Shown piece by piece: positions 25,422 to 38,800 of a stretch of DNA of 64,000 bases. Origin of the DNA: a virus (taxonomy: Duplodnaviria > Caudoviricetes); IMG/VR virus record IMGVR_UViG_3300017917_003016, positions 128,001 to 192,000 of that record. One strand, given 5' to 3'. A program made the translations under genes and the position numbers. The notes under the pieces are model-generated. The model searched no databases. It worked only from the letters and a program-made list of their open reading frames with translations, and was not told where the DNA came from. Each line of letters begins with the position of its first letter. Within the stretch, counting starts at the first letter, position 1.

Positions 25422-25796
25422 ATGGGAATTATTATCAGACCCGGGGTTACTATTGGTGGTGGTGTCTCCATAACAGCAGCAGGTGGCGGCGGTAGCCCGC
25501 CCACAGGGGTATATGGATCCGCAGAAGGACTTGGTACGTTTTTTTATACCAGTTTTTCGGGCGGACTTGATGTAAGCTATACCACAGGAACTGCTGCGGA
25601 AACCGCACTGGCAGCATTGAAAACCGGTTCTACACTGATTTTACTTGCCGGAAACGGGTTCAACAATGTAGGAGTGACCGTGAACGCTCCCGGCACTGGC
25701 GGTGGAGGTCTGTATTCGTTTACCGTGACTTTCAATAACACCAGTGGTTTCAACTTTAGTGAAAACGGCAGCAGTATTAACATCCTGTCTTTTTAA
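25422..25796 (+). CDS. Gly/Thr-rich small protein, probably virion-associated
   Basis: N-terminal I.PGVTIGGGV.IT motif; AATAAATA upstream. Confidence 0.6.
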   Translation: MGIIIRPGVTIGGGVSITAAGGGGSPPTGVYGSAEGLGTFFYTSFSGGLDVSYTTGTAAETALAALKTGSTLILLAGNGFNNVGVTVNAPGTGGGGLYSFTVTFNNTSGFNFSENGSSINILSF

Positions 25797-25892
25797 AACA
25801 GGATGTTGAGTTGTCTTATTCAAATTATATTGTACAGGTCAACTGCCCCAAAAATATGTATACCTTATAAAAAGATAGTCTTGCTCTAATGG

Positions 25893-25921
25893 TTGACAAT
25901 CTAAACGATTGATGTTAGACT
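25893..25921 (+). promoter_or_regulatory. sigma70-type promoter
   Basis: TTGACA (25893-25898), 17 nt, TAGACT (25916-25921). Confidence 0.65.
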
Positions 25922-25931
25922 GCTTGTTATT

Positions 25932-26519
25932 ATGCAACCTCTAGAAAAGATCTATACCGATATGAACTATGCTGCTGAAATTCGCCAGTCTCTAGATTTC
26001 AATCGTTATGCTAAACTGATTCAAGCATTGGGCAATTCACTCAATGACCGCAAGAGCCGCTTTGACAAAAGCGACATCATCGAACAAAGCATTGAAACCT
26101 ATAGCAATGGTCGGTTCAAGTGGGTTGACGATATTGGTCGTGACCATGTTGACACTGAAACAGGCCATGATCTAGAGTTCAAATATGCGCAGAGCAGTCT
26201 TTACAATCACAAGGGCAAGCCCAAGGCCACAGTCAAGGTCAAGATTAAAAACAGCCTAGGTGAACACAAGGGTACTAATATTGACAATCCTGCAGACTAC
26301 TATGTGATTGGCCAGCAAGATGCTATGGCTGTGATTTCCTATGAACAGTTGAAACCTTACTTGGTTGCAGTGCCCGACGGCATCGAAGCACATATTCCTT
26401 TTGAACAACTGTCGGTGATTTTTGCACCCAGCGATGTCAAAAACTCCTCTGCCCAGTGCCAGGTAGATTATCTCAAATTCAAGCGCGAGGCACAGCGCCG
26501 CCTTATTGAGAGTGTATAA
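25932..26519 (+). CDS. Hypothetical protein, possible PD-(D/E)xK nuclease fold
   Basis: GRD...DLEFK pattern; weak. Confidence 0.4.
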   Translation: MQPLEKIYTDMNYAAEIRQSLDFNRYAKLIQALGNSLNDRKSRFDKSDIIEQSIETYSNGRFKWVDDIGRDHVDTETGHDLEFKYAQSSLYNHKGKPKATVKVKIKNSLGEHKGTNIDNPADYYVIGQQDAMAVISYEQLKPYLVAVPDGIEAHIPFEQLSVIFAPSDVKNSSAQCQVDYLKFKREAQRRLIESV

Positions 26520-26520
26520 A

Positions 26521-27015
26521 ATGGATGATCAGCAACTAAATGAGATTCTGGTAATCGACAGAGAGACTCTAATGTCAGTGGTGCCAAAAATTAATAATCG
26601 CCCGTTGAATATTGGAGACTATGATAAAATTTGGCGTTTAAATTTTAGATGGCACGATGTAGTCCAGGGGTTGAACAACAGACTGTCAAACTGCAAAAAA
26701 CGTGCTAAAAATATGAATTTTGATGTTGACCTTGATCTGGGTTATCTTTCAAATCTTTGGTTAGATCAACAGGGTAGATGCGTAATTACAGACAAGATTA
26801 TGAGTTTCACTAGCGGTTCTTTGTATGATAAAAATCCCCTGGCCTGTTCCATTGATAGAATTGACAACGACCATGGATATATTCGAGGTAATGTGCGATT
26901 ATTGACGCATTGGGCCAACAATGCTAAAAGTACCTGGGATCATGACATCTTTGAATCAATGATTGCCAGTAGTGCACGTAAATTGCAACTTGTTGAGCAT
27001 AACCAAAAAGTTTGA
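26521..27015 (+). CDS. HNH/His-Me finger endonuclease-like protein
   Basis: SIDRIDNDHGY..GNVRL....AN..K motif. Confidence 0.65.
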   Translation: MDDQQLNEILVIDRETLMSVVPKINNRPLNIGDYDKIWRLNFRWHDVVQGLNNRLSNCKKRAKNMNFDVDLDLGYLSNLWLDQQGRCVITDKIMSFTSGSLYDKNPLACSIDRIDNDHGYIRGNVRLLTHWANNAKSTWDHDIFESMIASSARKLQLVEHNQKV

Positions 27016-27105
27016 CATAAATAATTCTGCTATGTATCATAGCAGTTTCGTGCCTAGATCAGGGCGGAACGAAAATTTTATTTGCTTACTAAAAGGAGTA
27101 AAACA

Positions 27106-29039
<1,934 letters not shown>

Positions 29040-29062
29040 TTAACTAACCAGTTAACTGCACT

Positions 29063-29093
29063 AAAAATAGCGGCCCTGGGCCGCTATTTTTTT
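29063..29093 (+). terminator. Intrinsic (bidirectional-type) terminator followed by late motif TATAAATA at 29093-29100
   Basis: aaaaatagcggccc / gggccgctattttt. Confidence 0.85.
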
Positions 29094-29138
29094 ATAAATA
29101 TAAATAAGATAAACAAGTCATTTGGGAGATATGGAACA

Positions 29139-29687
29139 GTGGCTAACTCATACTTCGTAGTCCATAATGGACTTACGGTAGGTCCTCTTAGCATCGATGC
29201 AACAACTGGTGACATTTCTACACCAGGCAATGTTAACTTATCCGGTAATATTGGTGTAAGTGCAATAAGATCAGGTGATTCAAGTGTTGCAGTCACAGAT
29301 CTTGGAACTAACAGTGTTATTAATTTTAACGTTGATGGTAATACTGCTGCCAATATTACCACCGCCGGTGCATGGTTTGCTGGTAATGTCTATGCTGCAT
29401 CTATAAACACCGTAGGAGGTGGCTCCGCTAATATTTCAGGAGTTAACGGTCTAAGTGCGGTCACTATAAGTGCCAGCGGGTTTATTAACTCTTCGGGCAA
29501 CATACTTGGTCGAGGGGGTATATTTAATGGATTAACGGTTAATGGTAACGAGTCTATTACTGGTTATTTAAATGTCACTGGTAATATTCTTGGCGCCACT
29601 GCAACATTTTCAGCATTGAACGTTGCTGGTGCAGCAGTGGCTTCAGTAGATGATGCCACAGCATTGGCAATTGCATTAGGCGGGTAA
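29139..29687 (+). CDS. Virion structural protein (tail-fibre associated)
   Basis: Gly/Asn/Thr-rich beta repeats, C-terminal ATALAIALG; follows late promoter. Confidence 0.65.
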   Translation: MANSYFVVHNGLTVGPLSIDATTGDISTPGNVNLSGNIGVSAIRSGDSSVAVTDLGTNSVINFNVDGNTAANITTAGAWFAGNVYAASINTVGGGSANISGVNGLSAVTISASGFINSSGNILGRGGIFNGLTVNGNESITGYLNVTGNILGATATFSALNVAGAAVASVDDATALAIALGG

Positions 29688-29700
29688 TTAGGAAAATATT

Positions 29701-30033
29701 ATGGCAAATACTTTTTATAGAAAAGTCAGCGCAAACGTAGGTACATCGGCAACCCCAGTAGGAGGATATACTGTTGGTGGTAGTACCACCACAATTGTAA
29801 TAGGACTGACAATTTCAAATACCACAGGAGCCACTGTGAATGCTAGTTTGTTTTTGAACAACGGCGCAAACAACTACTATATAGTTAAAAATGCTCCAAT
29901 TTCTTCAGGTGCAACATTAGTTCCGATTGGCGGCGAACAAAAAATGGTCTTGCAAACCAACGACAACGTAAAGGTTGTAAGCGACTCGGCCAGTTCACTT
30001 GATGTGGTCATGAATATCATGGAGATAACATAA
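29701..30033 (+). CDS. Small structural protein
   Basis: MANTF..., IVKNAPI..G, SLDVVMNIMEIT pattern of phage fibre accessory proteins. Confidence 0.65.
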   Translation: MANTFYRKVSANVGTSATPVGGYTVGGSTTTIVIGLTISNTTGATVNASLFLNNGANNYYIVKNAPISSGATLVPIGGEQKMVLQTNDNVKVVSDSASSLDVVMNIMEIT

Positions 30034-30034
30034 G

Positions 30035-31510
30035 ATGGCTTATGTTGGATTACGGCCGGTTACACAAACTCTAAGCACTGCCACACAATACTTTAATGGT
30101 AACGGTAGTACCTTAGAATTTACTCTACAGCAGGGAATTGGCAAAGCCTCAGACATAATTGTGGTAGTGGGCAACACCCTGCAGGTTCCCGGCACTGATT
30201 ATACAGCATCCGGAACGGCACTGATTTTTAATTCAGGTAAAGCACCAACTGCTGGCACAAATAACGTTGCTGTAACATTTATCAGCGGACAGTTGCAGAC
30301 ATTATATGTAACTGCCAATGCCTATCCAACAGGTAACACAGTATCACCGTCTATATACAGTGTAAGCAGTCCGGCTACTGGTATATACTGGCCAAGTGCT
30401 ATTTCTTTGGCATTGACTGCATCCGGTAACACGCGAGTTATTGTAAGTGATGCTGCTTCGGGGGTAGCAACCAGTACTGGAACAGGCGCCCTACGTGTCA
30501 GTGGTGGTGCTGGTGTTACAGGTGCGCTATATGCGAACTCTTTGGTTATTGTAGGGGGTGCTCCCAGTACCAGTACAGCCTCCGGTGCTGTACAGGTCAC
30601 CGGAGGCGTTGGTGTAACAGGAGCATTTTACCTAGGTGGGTCAATGACTATCTCCGGAGGACTAACTGTTGCTGGAGCATTCAATACCACCGCAACCAAT
30701 AGTTTAACCATAAACACCCCCTTTATCTTCGTAGCCAATACCAACGTTGGTGATGCAATTGACCAGGGATTAGTTGGGACCTACAATGATGGCGTACAGA
30801 GATATACTGGTGTCGTGCGTACACAGTCAGATGGTCGATGGAAGATTTTTGCTAATCTTACTAACCCGCCAACCACTCTGGTAGACACTGCCAATGTAAG
30901 TTATCGCTATGCTGACCTATGGGTAGGCAATGCTAATATAACCGCAACCACAGAGTCAACCACATCGTTAACTGGTGCATTGACTGTCAACGGCGGTCTT
31001 GGCGTTCGTAGCAGTATGTATGTAAACAGTAACAATAATGGTATAGCAATTGGTAACGGCGGAACCAGCGGGGTTGGCAACATCGGTGCGTCTGGCTCAG
31101 CATTTGGCACGGTCTTTGCCGTATCAACTTCGGCGCAATATGCTGACCTTGCAGAAAAATATCGTGCAGACGCAGATTACGAACCGGGAACAGTTCTAAT
31201 GTTTGGTGGCACTGCAGAAGTAACTCTGGCAGAAAACGAAACAGCAAGAGTAGCCGGAATAGTGTCTACTAAACCTGCATATTCAATGAATGATCAATTG
31301 ACCGGAGGACACATTGTAGAATTAGCATTGCAAGGGCGTGTCCCCTGCAAGATTTTAGGTACAGTTCGCAAGGGCGACATGATGACTGCGGCCGATAATG
31401 GACGAGCGCATGCTAATCCTAATCCAGTTATGGGCAGCGTAATTGGCAAGGCTCTGGAAGATCACGATGGACCCGAGGGCATAATTGAAGTTGTAGTTGG
31501 AAGATTATAG
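30035..31510 (+). CDS. Tail-fibre protein with C-terminal intramolecular-chaperone-like domain
   Basis: STGTGALRVSGG.GV repeats; AQYADLAEKY...GRVPCK...IEVVVGRL C-terminus. Confidence 0.75.
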   Translation: MAYVGLRPVTQTLSTATQYFNGNGSTLEFTLQQGIGKASDIIVVVGNTLQVPGTDYTASGTALIFNSGKAPTAGTNNVAVTFISGQLQTLYVTANAYPTGNTVSPSIYSVSSPATGIYWPSAISLALTASGNTRVIVSDAASGVATSTGTGALRVSGGAGVTGALYANSLVIVGGAPSTSTASGAVQVTGGVGVTGAFYLGGSMTISGGLTVAGAFNTTATNSLTINTPFIFVANTNVGDAIDQGLVGTYNDGVQRYTGVVRTQSDGRWKIFANLTNPPTTLVDTANVSYRYADLWVGNANITATTESTTSLTGALTVNGGLGVRSSMYVNSNNNGIAIGNGGTSGVGNIGASGSAFGTVFAVSTSAQYADLAEKYRADADYEPGTVLMFGGTAEVTLAENETARVAGIVSTKPAYSMNDQLTGGHIVELALQGRVPCKILGTVRKGDMMTAADNGRAHANPNPVMGSVIGKALEDHDGPEGIIEVVVGRL

Positions 31511-31518
31511 GAGTTCAT

Positions 31519-31923
31519 ATGGCATACTTAGGTCAACCCCCGCAGGTAGGAAACTTTGTAAAATTAGATGATATCAGTACCCAGTTTAATGGTGTCCTTT
31601 CTACTTTCAATACCACAGTCAGTGGGACAGCATATACGGTAAGTAATCCATATGCAACTATTTGCGTTTTGGGAGGATTAGTAAAAAATCCTGGAATTGA
31701 CTATAACTTTAATGGAACAACTGTGGTTTTTTCGCAGGCACCTAGTGCTAGTTTTTTAGGTAATAGTTGGATTATGGTATTTGGAGATGTGCTGACTACA
31801 GGAACTCCCAGTGATGGTACTATTACCAACAGTAAACTAGCACAGGGAACAGTACAATACGACAGACTAGCAGCAACTACCAAGGCAACATTGCTAGCAA
31901 ATTCTTTACTATTTGGGGCATAA
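31519..31923 (+). CDS. Small structural protein
   Basis: MAYLG..P, LDDISTQFNG, PSDGTITNSKL. Confidence 0.65.
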   Translation: MAYLGQPPQVGNFVKLDDISTQFNGVLSTFNTTVSGTAYTVSNPYATICVLGGLVKNPGIDYNFNGTTVVFSQAPSASFLGNSWIMVFGDVLTTGTPSDGTITNSKLAQGTVQYDRLAATTKATLLANSLLFGA

Positions 31924-31926
31924 AAG

Positions 31927-34900
31927 ATGGCAAGACAACAACTTAAAAATTATGTTTTTACTCCGGGCGGTGCAGGTGTTGGCACAGTTAAAGTACCGGG
32001 AAACTATAGCAGTGCTCAAATTATTGCAATCTTAAATGCTACCAAACAGCAATTTATCTATAATTTCGCAGACAGTACATTGCTAGGTACAATATCCTGG
32101 AACAGTCAACCTGATGCAAACTTTCCACAGAGTATCGATGGCATAACCACCATTACCTTGTCAACTAGTACATCAACTATGAGTTCTAGTGATAAGTTAG
32201 CCATTTATATTGAACAACCTTATCAGGCACTGCGCCCATTTGCCACAGATGCTGTTGAAAGACTGCGAGTCGCTAACCCAACATCTTTAATTGATGCTGA
32301 CTTTGAATATGGTTTGCAGCAGACCAAATGGCAATCATTGTTTGTCAATAATGATAATCCAAGTATTTTTGAAATCCCGGGATCAGACTCATATGCTAAT
32401 ACTGTGTCATATGTTGGATTTTTAGGTAATAGTTTAAACACAACTTCAAACGTTATTATTCTATCAAATGGTGGCTCAGTAGGCAACAATCAACCCAATT
32501 GGACCCAAAACGACTATGCATTAGTGTGGAACACTGATCCAGTGGGAAGACCCCCAACAGTAACCTATCTAACTGCAAATGTCCCTTCATTAAATCAGCG
32601 TGCACTAACTGTAACCAACAGTTCTGGATTCAACGTAGGAGATGCGATTACTATAATATACCAAGGTAATATACAGGCAGGTGCGACTGTTACCACCACA
32701 ACTGCTAACCTCACTGCAGGACAAACTACACTAGGCATTTCTGGTACTAATGCTATTGTAAACGGTAGCATGATCATGGTTACTACAGGCAACACAGCGG
32801 CTGCTCCTGTGGCAGGCTACTGGACCGAACTCATGACCGTGGCCAGCGGTGGCGGATCGGGAACACTTACAGTCATAAGAAATCGCTGCGGCACTAACCG
32901 CACTAATGTATCAATAGTTTCTGGTGCCAGAGTAACCTTGATCGGACAAGTTGAAATCGCAAATATTACCAGTGTTGATAGTTCAACTCAGATCACTGTA
33001 AACCGTGGATATATGAACTCTGTCCCACAAGATGACATGCCTGTTGGCACAGTGGTGTTAGAAAATCACTTTGATCTTGGCGGTACCTCAGGCGGAAATC
33101 TAGAAATTGTAAGAATGACCAAGATTGGCACTGCTGCAGGCAATATTGCTGACGTTGGTCGAGCACAACTTGGTACTAGTACCATAAGTTCAATTGTTGG
33201 TGCTGGATCAGTTATTTTAAGATTGAGCGGAATATTTGTAGCAGGCGATGCTAATTTGCCACTGGCAGTGATTAATCTGCCAAATCATAGTTTTGTTGCA
33301 AACAGCGCATTGTCAACTACCAATCACACTAATCCAAACAGTGAAGGCCAAGCACAGGTTGGTTTCCCTGTTGATACTAATTACATCAGATACTATCCTC
33401 GTAGAGCCAGTGGCTTGCATATTGGTTATCCACTGAATCGTTGGGATACTTATGTGCGTTATGCAGGTTTTTATGGTACTGCATCTTTACCTCCGGTAGT
33501 ATTGTCCACTAACGGTGCTAACCCTAGTACAATTACTGCTACCTCGGCTTATGCACATGGATTAACTCCAGGAACTCCAATTCTTGCTAACATTGCCAGT
33601 GCAGGTTCAAACGGCCAATATGCCACAGGATCGTTTACAATTTTAAGCATTCCAACTCCAACGTCATTTACCTACCAAGCACGATCAGGCGCCGCAGTCA
33701 CTGGCAGTGTGGTCGGAACAATTTATGTAAGACCCAGTGCATTCTTCGTACACCGTGCTGCAGATGGCGGCGTACTACTTGGCACCGGAACACCTCATAC
33801 TGGTGCTTCGGCAAGTAGACAGAGTAAAAAATATTTCCGTTATCAATCTGGTAAAGGCATAATGTGGACTTCAGGTACTCTGCTTGGCGCCAACTATGAC
33901 ATAGTCAGCGTCAGTTCCACTGGAACAGGCGTGGGTAACACTATCACTATCACAACAGATCTACAACACCAATTGCAAATTGGTGCAAATGTTTTAGTCA
34001 GTGGTATTACTACCAGCGGATATAATGGTTATTATATAGTAAGTGCAGTCACCGGTGACTATACATTCCAGGTGAATGCGCAGTCAACTCTAGGCAACAC
34101 TGGCACAATCACTGGAAGTATTCAATATACTGATTCGGCTCCAGGACCCAAAATTGCTGTAGCCAATTGGGTTGGCGCATCGGTTAGAGCCGGTATGATG
34201 GACGACCAAAACGGTGTTTATTGGGAAAATACCGGTGTTACTATTAACGTGGTGCAACGTAGTTCAACTCAGCAAACATCGGGATATGTAAGTGTTGAAG
34301 TTGCTACAAACCTATGTACTGGCGACGGTACCTGCAGATTTACCCAGGAATATCGCGCTGGTGATAAGATTGTTCTTCGTGGTATGGTGCACACTGTGAC
34401 TTCGGTTATTGATGACAACGCTCTGACTATTTCTCCAGTTTGGCGCGGTCTTACCAATCAAACACGCATTAAGCCGCAGAAACGTGTTGAACGTAGAGTT
34501 CCACAACGACAGTGGAATATTGATCCCCTAGACGGTACCGGGCCATCTGGATATCTATTAGATGCCACACGCATGCAGATGTTAATGATTCAATATACTT
34601 GGTATGGTGCAGGCTTTGTGGATTTTGGTGTGCGCGGACCTCTGGGTAATTATATTTTCTGTCACAGATTTATGAACAATAACCTAAACTATGAAGCATA
34701 CATGCGTTCAGGTAACCTTCCGGCTAGATATCAAGCAGTAAATGACTCTCCTTACCTAGTATTACGTGCACCAATGGATGCAAGTCAGACTACATTTGAT
34801 GTCTACGATGTTACGCAATTCCCTGTGCCAAGCAGTACTAGTCCCGTGTTTGTGTTAGTTGAAAATGAAATTATGAAGGTCACAGGACTAACTGCCAATG

Positions 34901-35787
34901 TGGCTAATGCTGGTGTACAGACAGGAACTCTAACCGGTGTAACTCGTGCTGCTACATACAGTCTATGGCAAGATGGTAGTAGCAAGTCATTCTCAGCAGG
35001 ATCGGCCAATGTTCACCCTGCTAATGTTTCGGCACGTATTATTTCAGCAACATCAGCACCTACCCTAAATCACTGGGGTTCTGCTGTGATACTAGACGGT
35101 GGATTTGATACTGACCGAGGATATGCCTATACGTACTCATTAGCAAATATTAGATTCCCAACTGGAACCAGCATAAATGACACTACCATCACAGCGTTTG
35201 CCATTAGACTAGCACCTTCTGTAAGTAACCAGATTCCTGGCGATCTAGGATCGCGAGATTTAGTTAATCGAGCCCAGGTGATTCTAAACAACATGCTGGT
35301 AAACTTCTCAGGAGCCAACGTGGCCACAACCACAGGTGCACGCTATCTAATCGAAGGTATTCTAAATCCCAATAATGTTAGTACAACCACTACCACTTGG
35401 AATTACCTGTACAATCAACCTTATGATGCAAGAAACAACCCAAGTGCAAGTATTCAACCAAGTTATACGCAGGTTGCATTTGGCAACATCAATGGGGTTG
35501 CAAACTACAATGGTCAAATTGGCTTTTCAACCTATAGTTTTGCCAGCGGTGGCATAAGTTATGCTCGTGGGGGAGAACGCTTGTTTGCTATACCGGTTAA
35601 CTATACTAACTCAGGTCAACTTGATTTATCTATGGTTAAACAGTTGGGCAACTCAGGTATACCTGGCTATAACATTTATCCAGACGGGCCAGAACTGTTA
35701 TGTATTAATATCACGGCACTGGTACCTACTTCCGGCGTGAATGCCACAGGTGAAATTCAATTACAGTGGAATGAATCACAGGCCTAA
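31927..35787 (+). CDS. Large virion structural protein (1286 aa)
   Basis: SLIDADFEYG.Q.TKW, RQSKKYFRYQSGKG, LDGTGPSGY motifs; T/S/G-rich. Confidence 0.75.
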   Translation: MARQQLKNYVFTPGGAGVGTVKVPGNYSSAQIIAILNATKQQFIYNFADSTLLGTISWNSQPDANFPQSIDGITTITLSTSTSTMSSSDKLAIYIEQPYQALRPFATDAVERLRVANPTSLIDADFEYGLQQTKWQSLFVNNDNPSIFEIPGSDSYANTVSYVGFLGNSLNTTSNVIILSNGGSVGNNQPNWTQNDYALVWNTDPVGRPPTVTYLTANVPSLNQRALTVTNSSGFNVGDAITIIYQGNIQAGATVTTTTANLTAGQTTLGISGTNAIVNGSMIMVTTGNTAAAPVAGYWTELMTVASGGGSGTLTVIRNRCGTNRTNVSIVSGARVTLIGQVEIANITSVDSSTQITVNRGYMNSVPQDDMPVGTVVLENHFDLGGTSGGNLEIVRMTKIGTAAGNIADVGRAQLGTSTISSIVGAGSVILRLSGIFVAGDANLPLAVINLPNHSFVANSALSTTNHTNPNSEGQAQVGFPVDTNYIRYYPRRASGLHIGYPLNRWDTYVRYAGFYGTASLPPVVLSTNGANPSTITATSAYAHGLTPGTPILANIASAGSNGQYATGSFTILSIPTPTSFTYQARSGAAVTGSVVGTIYVRPSAFFVHRAADGGVLLGTGTPHTGASASRQSKKYFRYQSGKGIMWTSGTLLGANYDIVSVSSTGTGVGNTITITTDLQHQLQIGANVLVSGITTSGYNGYYIVSAVTGDYTFQVNAQSTLGNTGTITGSIQYTDSAPGPKIAVANWVGASVRAGMMDDQNGVYWENTGVTINVVQRSSTQQTSGYVSVEVATNLCTGDGTCRFTQEYRAGDKIVLRGMVHTVTSVIDDNALTISPVWRGLTNQTRIKPQKRVERRVPQRQWNIDPLDGTGPSGYLLDATRMQMLMIQYTWYGAGFVDFGVRGPLGNYIFCHRFMNNNLNYEAYMRSGNLPARYQAVNDSPYLVLRAPMDASQTTFDVYDVTQFPVPSSTSPVFVLVENEIMKVTGLTANVANAGVQTGTLTGVTRAATYSLWQDGSSKSFSAGSANVHPANVSARIISATSAPTLNHWGSAVILDGGFDTDRGYAYTYSLANIRFPTGTSINDTTITAFAIRLAPSVSNQIPGDLGSRDLVNRAQVILNNMLVNFSGANVATTTGARYLIEGILNPNNVSTTTTTWNYLYNQPYDARNNPSASIQPSYTQVAFGNINGVANYNGQIGFSTYSFASGGISYARGGERLFAIPVNYTNSGQLDLSMVKQLGNSGIPGYNIYPDGPELLCINITALVPTSGVNATGEIQLQWNESQA

Positions 35788-35808
35788 TCGGCTTTAGTTG
35801 GTCATGAC

Positions 35809-35834
35809 AAAACAGGAGCCCAGGCTCCTGTTTT
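35809..35834 (+). terminator. Intrinsic terminator
   Basis: aaaacaggagcc / ggctcctgtttt. Confidence 0.75.
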
Positions 35835-35867
35835 GTTGATAAATATAAGAACTTACCAGAGATATCA

Positions 35868-38800
35868 ATGGCATCACTAACTAAAGTTAAAATAACCAAC
35901 ATCGATACTAGTATAGTATACGTAGCAGATCCCCTAGTATCACTGAACTACGGTTCAACCTTGGCCAACACTGACATAGGTTTTGTCTTCAATCGAGACG
36001 GCGGCATTTCTTCTAATGTGGCTTTATTTTGGAACGAAACTACAGATCGACTTACCGTTGCCTATACAACCAGTGCAGGATCTATCAATAGTAATATATC
36101 CATTGCCAAATATGCAAACATTGCTGCAGATTGGTATTTTGGAAATCTGGCCGGAGGTACCAATGGTAATACCTATGTCATAGGCAACATTCTACCCACC
36201 GCCAACGGACTTTATAATTTTGGCAGTCCTACAGCACGTTGGAACATTGGATATTTTGCTGCTAGTACTATAGATCTTGGCGGAAGCCAGATATCTGTTG
36301 ATCCTGTAAACGGTTTTAAATTTTCAGTTGGAGGAACAGGTACTCCAACATTTTTAGCATCCAACGGTTTGGTATCGGGTTCTAGTTTAACAACGTCTGG
36401 TACATTAAATGTAGGAACCACAGCCGCAGTGGGCAGTAATTTAACTGTTGGTGGTTATATAAATTCCCTAGGTAATATTATTGCTGCTGCAGGAACTTTT
36501 AATAACTTAGTTATAAACTTGGGTAATATTATTGCTCAGGGAGGCTATTTCATAGGTAACGGTAGCCAACTGACCGGTATACCCGCTGGATACAGTAATG
36601 TACAAACTGCTGCTTATCTGAACACACAGGGGTATAACTTATATTCAAATGTCAACGTTGCTGCTTATCTGAACACACAGGGGTATAACCTCTATTCAAA
36701 TGTCAATGTTGCTGTTTATTTAACTAATAATGGGTATATCAATACCAACAGTGCTTATAGCAATGCTAACGTAGTCAGTTATCTAACAACAAATAATTAT
36801 ACAACACAACTTTACGTAGATTCTGCGAATACTTCTTTAAAGAACTACGTAGATGGTCAAATTACAGCAGCCAATGCAGGTGTAACTGCTGCTAATATAG
36901 GAATTCAAGGGTTCATCAATTTAGGAAATGTTAATCTAAGAAACTACGTAGATGGTCAAATTACAGCAGCCAACGCGGGTGTAGTTGCTGCCAACGTTGG
37001 AATGAAAGGGTATGTTGATAGTCAAGTTTCTGCCGCTAATATTGCTTGGCAGGCCAATGCCTATCAGCAACAGGCCTTAATAGGCAATATTCAGTCTAGT
37101 TCTTACAGCAACGTTAATGTCAATGCGTATCTAACAACCAACGGATATATTAATACCAACAGTGCTTATGGCAATGGTAATGTTGCTAGTTATTTGCCTA
37201 CATACACCGGTAATCTTAGTGCCGGTAATCTTACTGTAAATGGATCAATTACCATCAGTGGTAGTGATGGTAATATCAGTGGTGTTAATAACCTAACTGC
37301 GTCCGGTTATATTAATACCTCAGGTAATATACTAGCAAAAAACATCGTTGGTTCTTTGGTGACTGCTAGTCAGGCCAATATCACCACAGTGGGCAATCTC
37401 ACTGGCCTCAGTGTTGCAGGAACTACCACAGTCTACGGAACTGCGCAGTTTGCCTCAGCCATACGCGACAATGTTGGCAGTCTGGGTTCAACCGGTAGAT
37501 TCCTCATGAGCAGTAGCACAGGTGCACTGTGGACTATACCCTATGGCCTAGGCAACTTTGCCAGTAATGTTCTAGTAGACCAATTGTCTGTGAATGTTGC
37601 AGTGGCTGGTTCTAACGTGATTTTTGTAAGTCAATTTGGATTGACCACTCAAGGTTGGATCAATGCTACCGGTAATGTAATGGCCGGAGATGCCACAGTA
37701 TTCAAAGCCAATATCAACAGTACTCAGAATTCCACTGAATTTAACAACGGTGCATTGGTTGTGGCTGGTGGTGTGGGTATTGCTAAAGATGTTTACATAC
37801 AAGGTAATTTGTACGTGGCAAATGTCATTGCCACCGCATCAAACGTACTGACCATAACCAGCCCCTTGCTGTATCTTGTCAGTAATGCCTATCCCTACAA
37901 CTATGACATAGGCTTTTATGGCCACTTTGTAGGCGGCGTAGGAAATATATATCAACACAGTGGATTCGTTAGAAATTATCTAGACGGCACATGGCGATTA
38001 TTTAGCAACGTCATAACTGAACCAAGCGAAGGTATAGTTACATTTGACAGTGGCATTCTATATGATCCAATTTGGACCGGAGGTATGGATTCCTACGGCA
38101 ATATTAACCTTAAGAACAACAGTTTACTAAACATCAACAATCCACCAGGCACCTACTCAAATAGCCCAATCAATGCCAGTTGGAATGCCAATGGTTATGT
38201 TCAAATAAACATACAAAATATTAATTCTGTAGGCAACCTAGTCAGTGCTGACTTTATTGCCACTGCCCCAGATGGCAATGACGGTAGTAAATTCATTGAT
38301 CTGGGCATCAACGGCAACAATTGGAGCAGCGGTTCATGGACAGTTAGCGGGGCCAACGATGGTTATCTATATATAAATCAGGGCAATCTGACCATAGGTA
38401 CGGAAACTCCTGGCAAGGTGCCCAAAATTCACGTTGGCGGTCTGCTGTCCCAAAATATTACCACAACCTTTGATATCAGCACCACTTACTTTACCACACA
38501 ACTTAACATCAACAGTCAGAATTTATCTGCAGCAGTGGTCAATGGTGGAACCAGCGGTATTGGCAACATTGGTGCTGCCAGTGGAAGATTTGGCACAGTA
38601 TTTGGCAGTGATTTGAATGTCACTGGAAATGTCTTGTCCGCTGGCGGTACTTTTAACAACATAGTGGTCAATTCAGGTAACATCAACGCCGTCGGTGGAT
38701 ATTTCATAGGCAATGGTGCTTTCTTAACTGGTATAGTAACCGGTGGCGGCAGCAGTTACTCAAATGTACAGGTAGCCACATATCTACCAACATACTCAGG

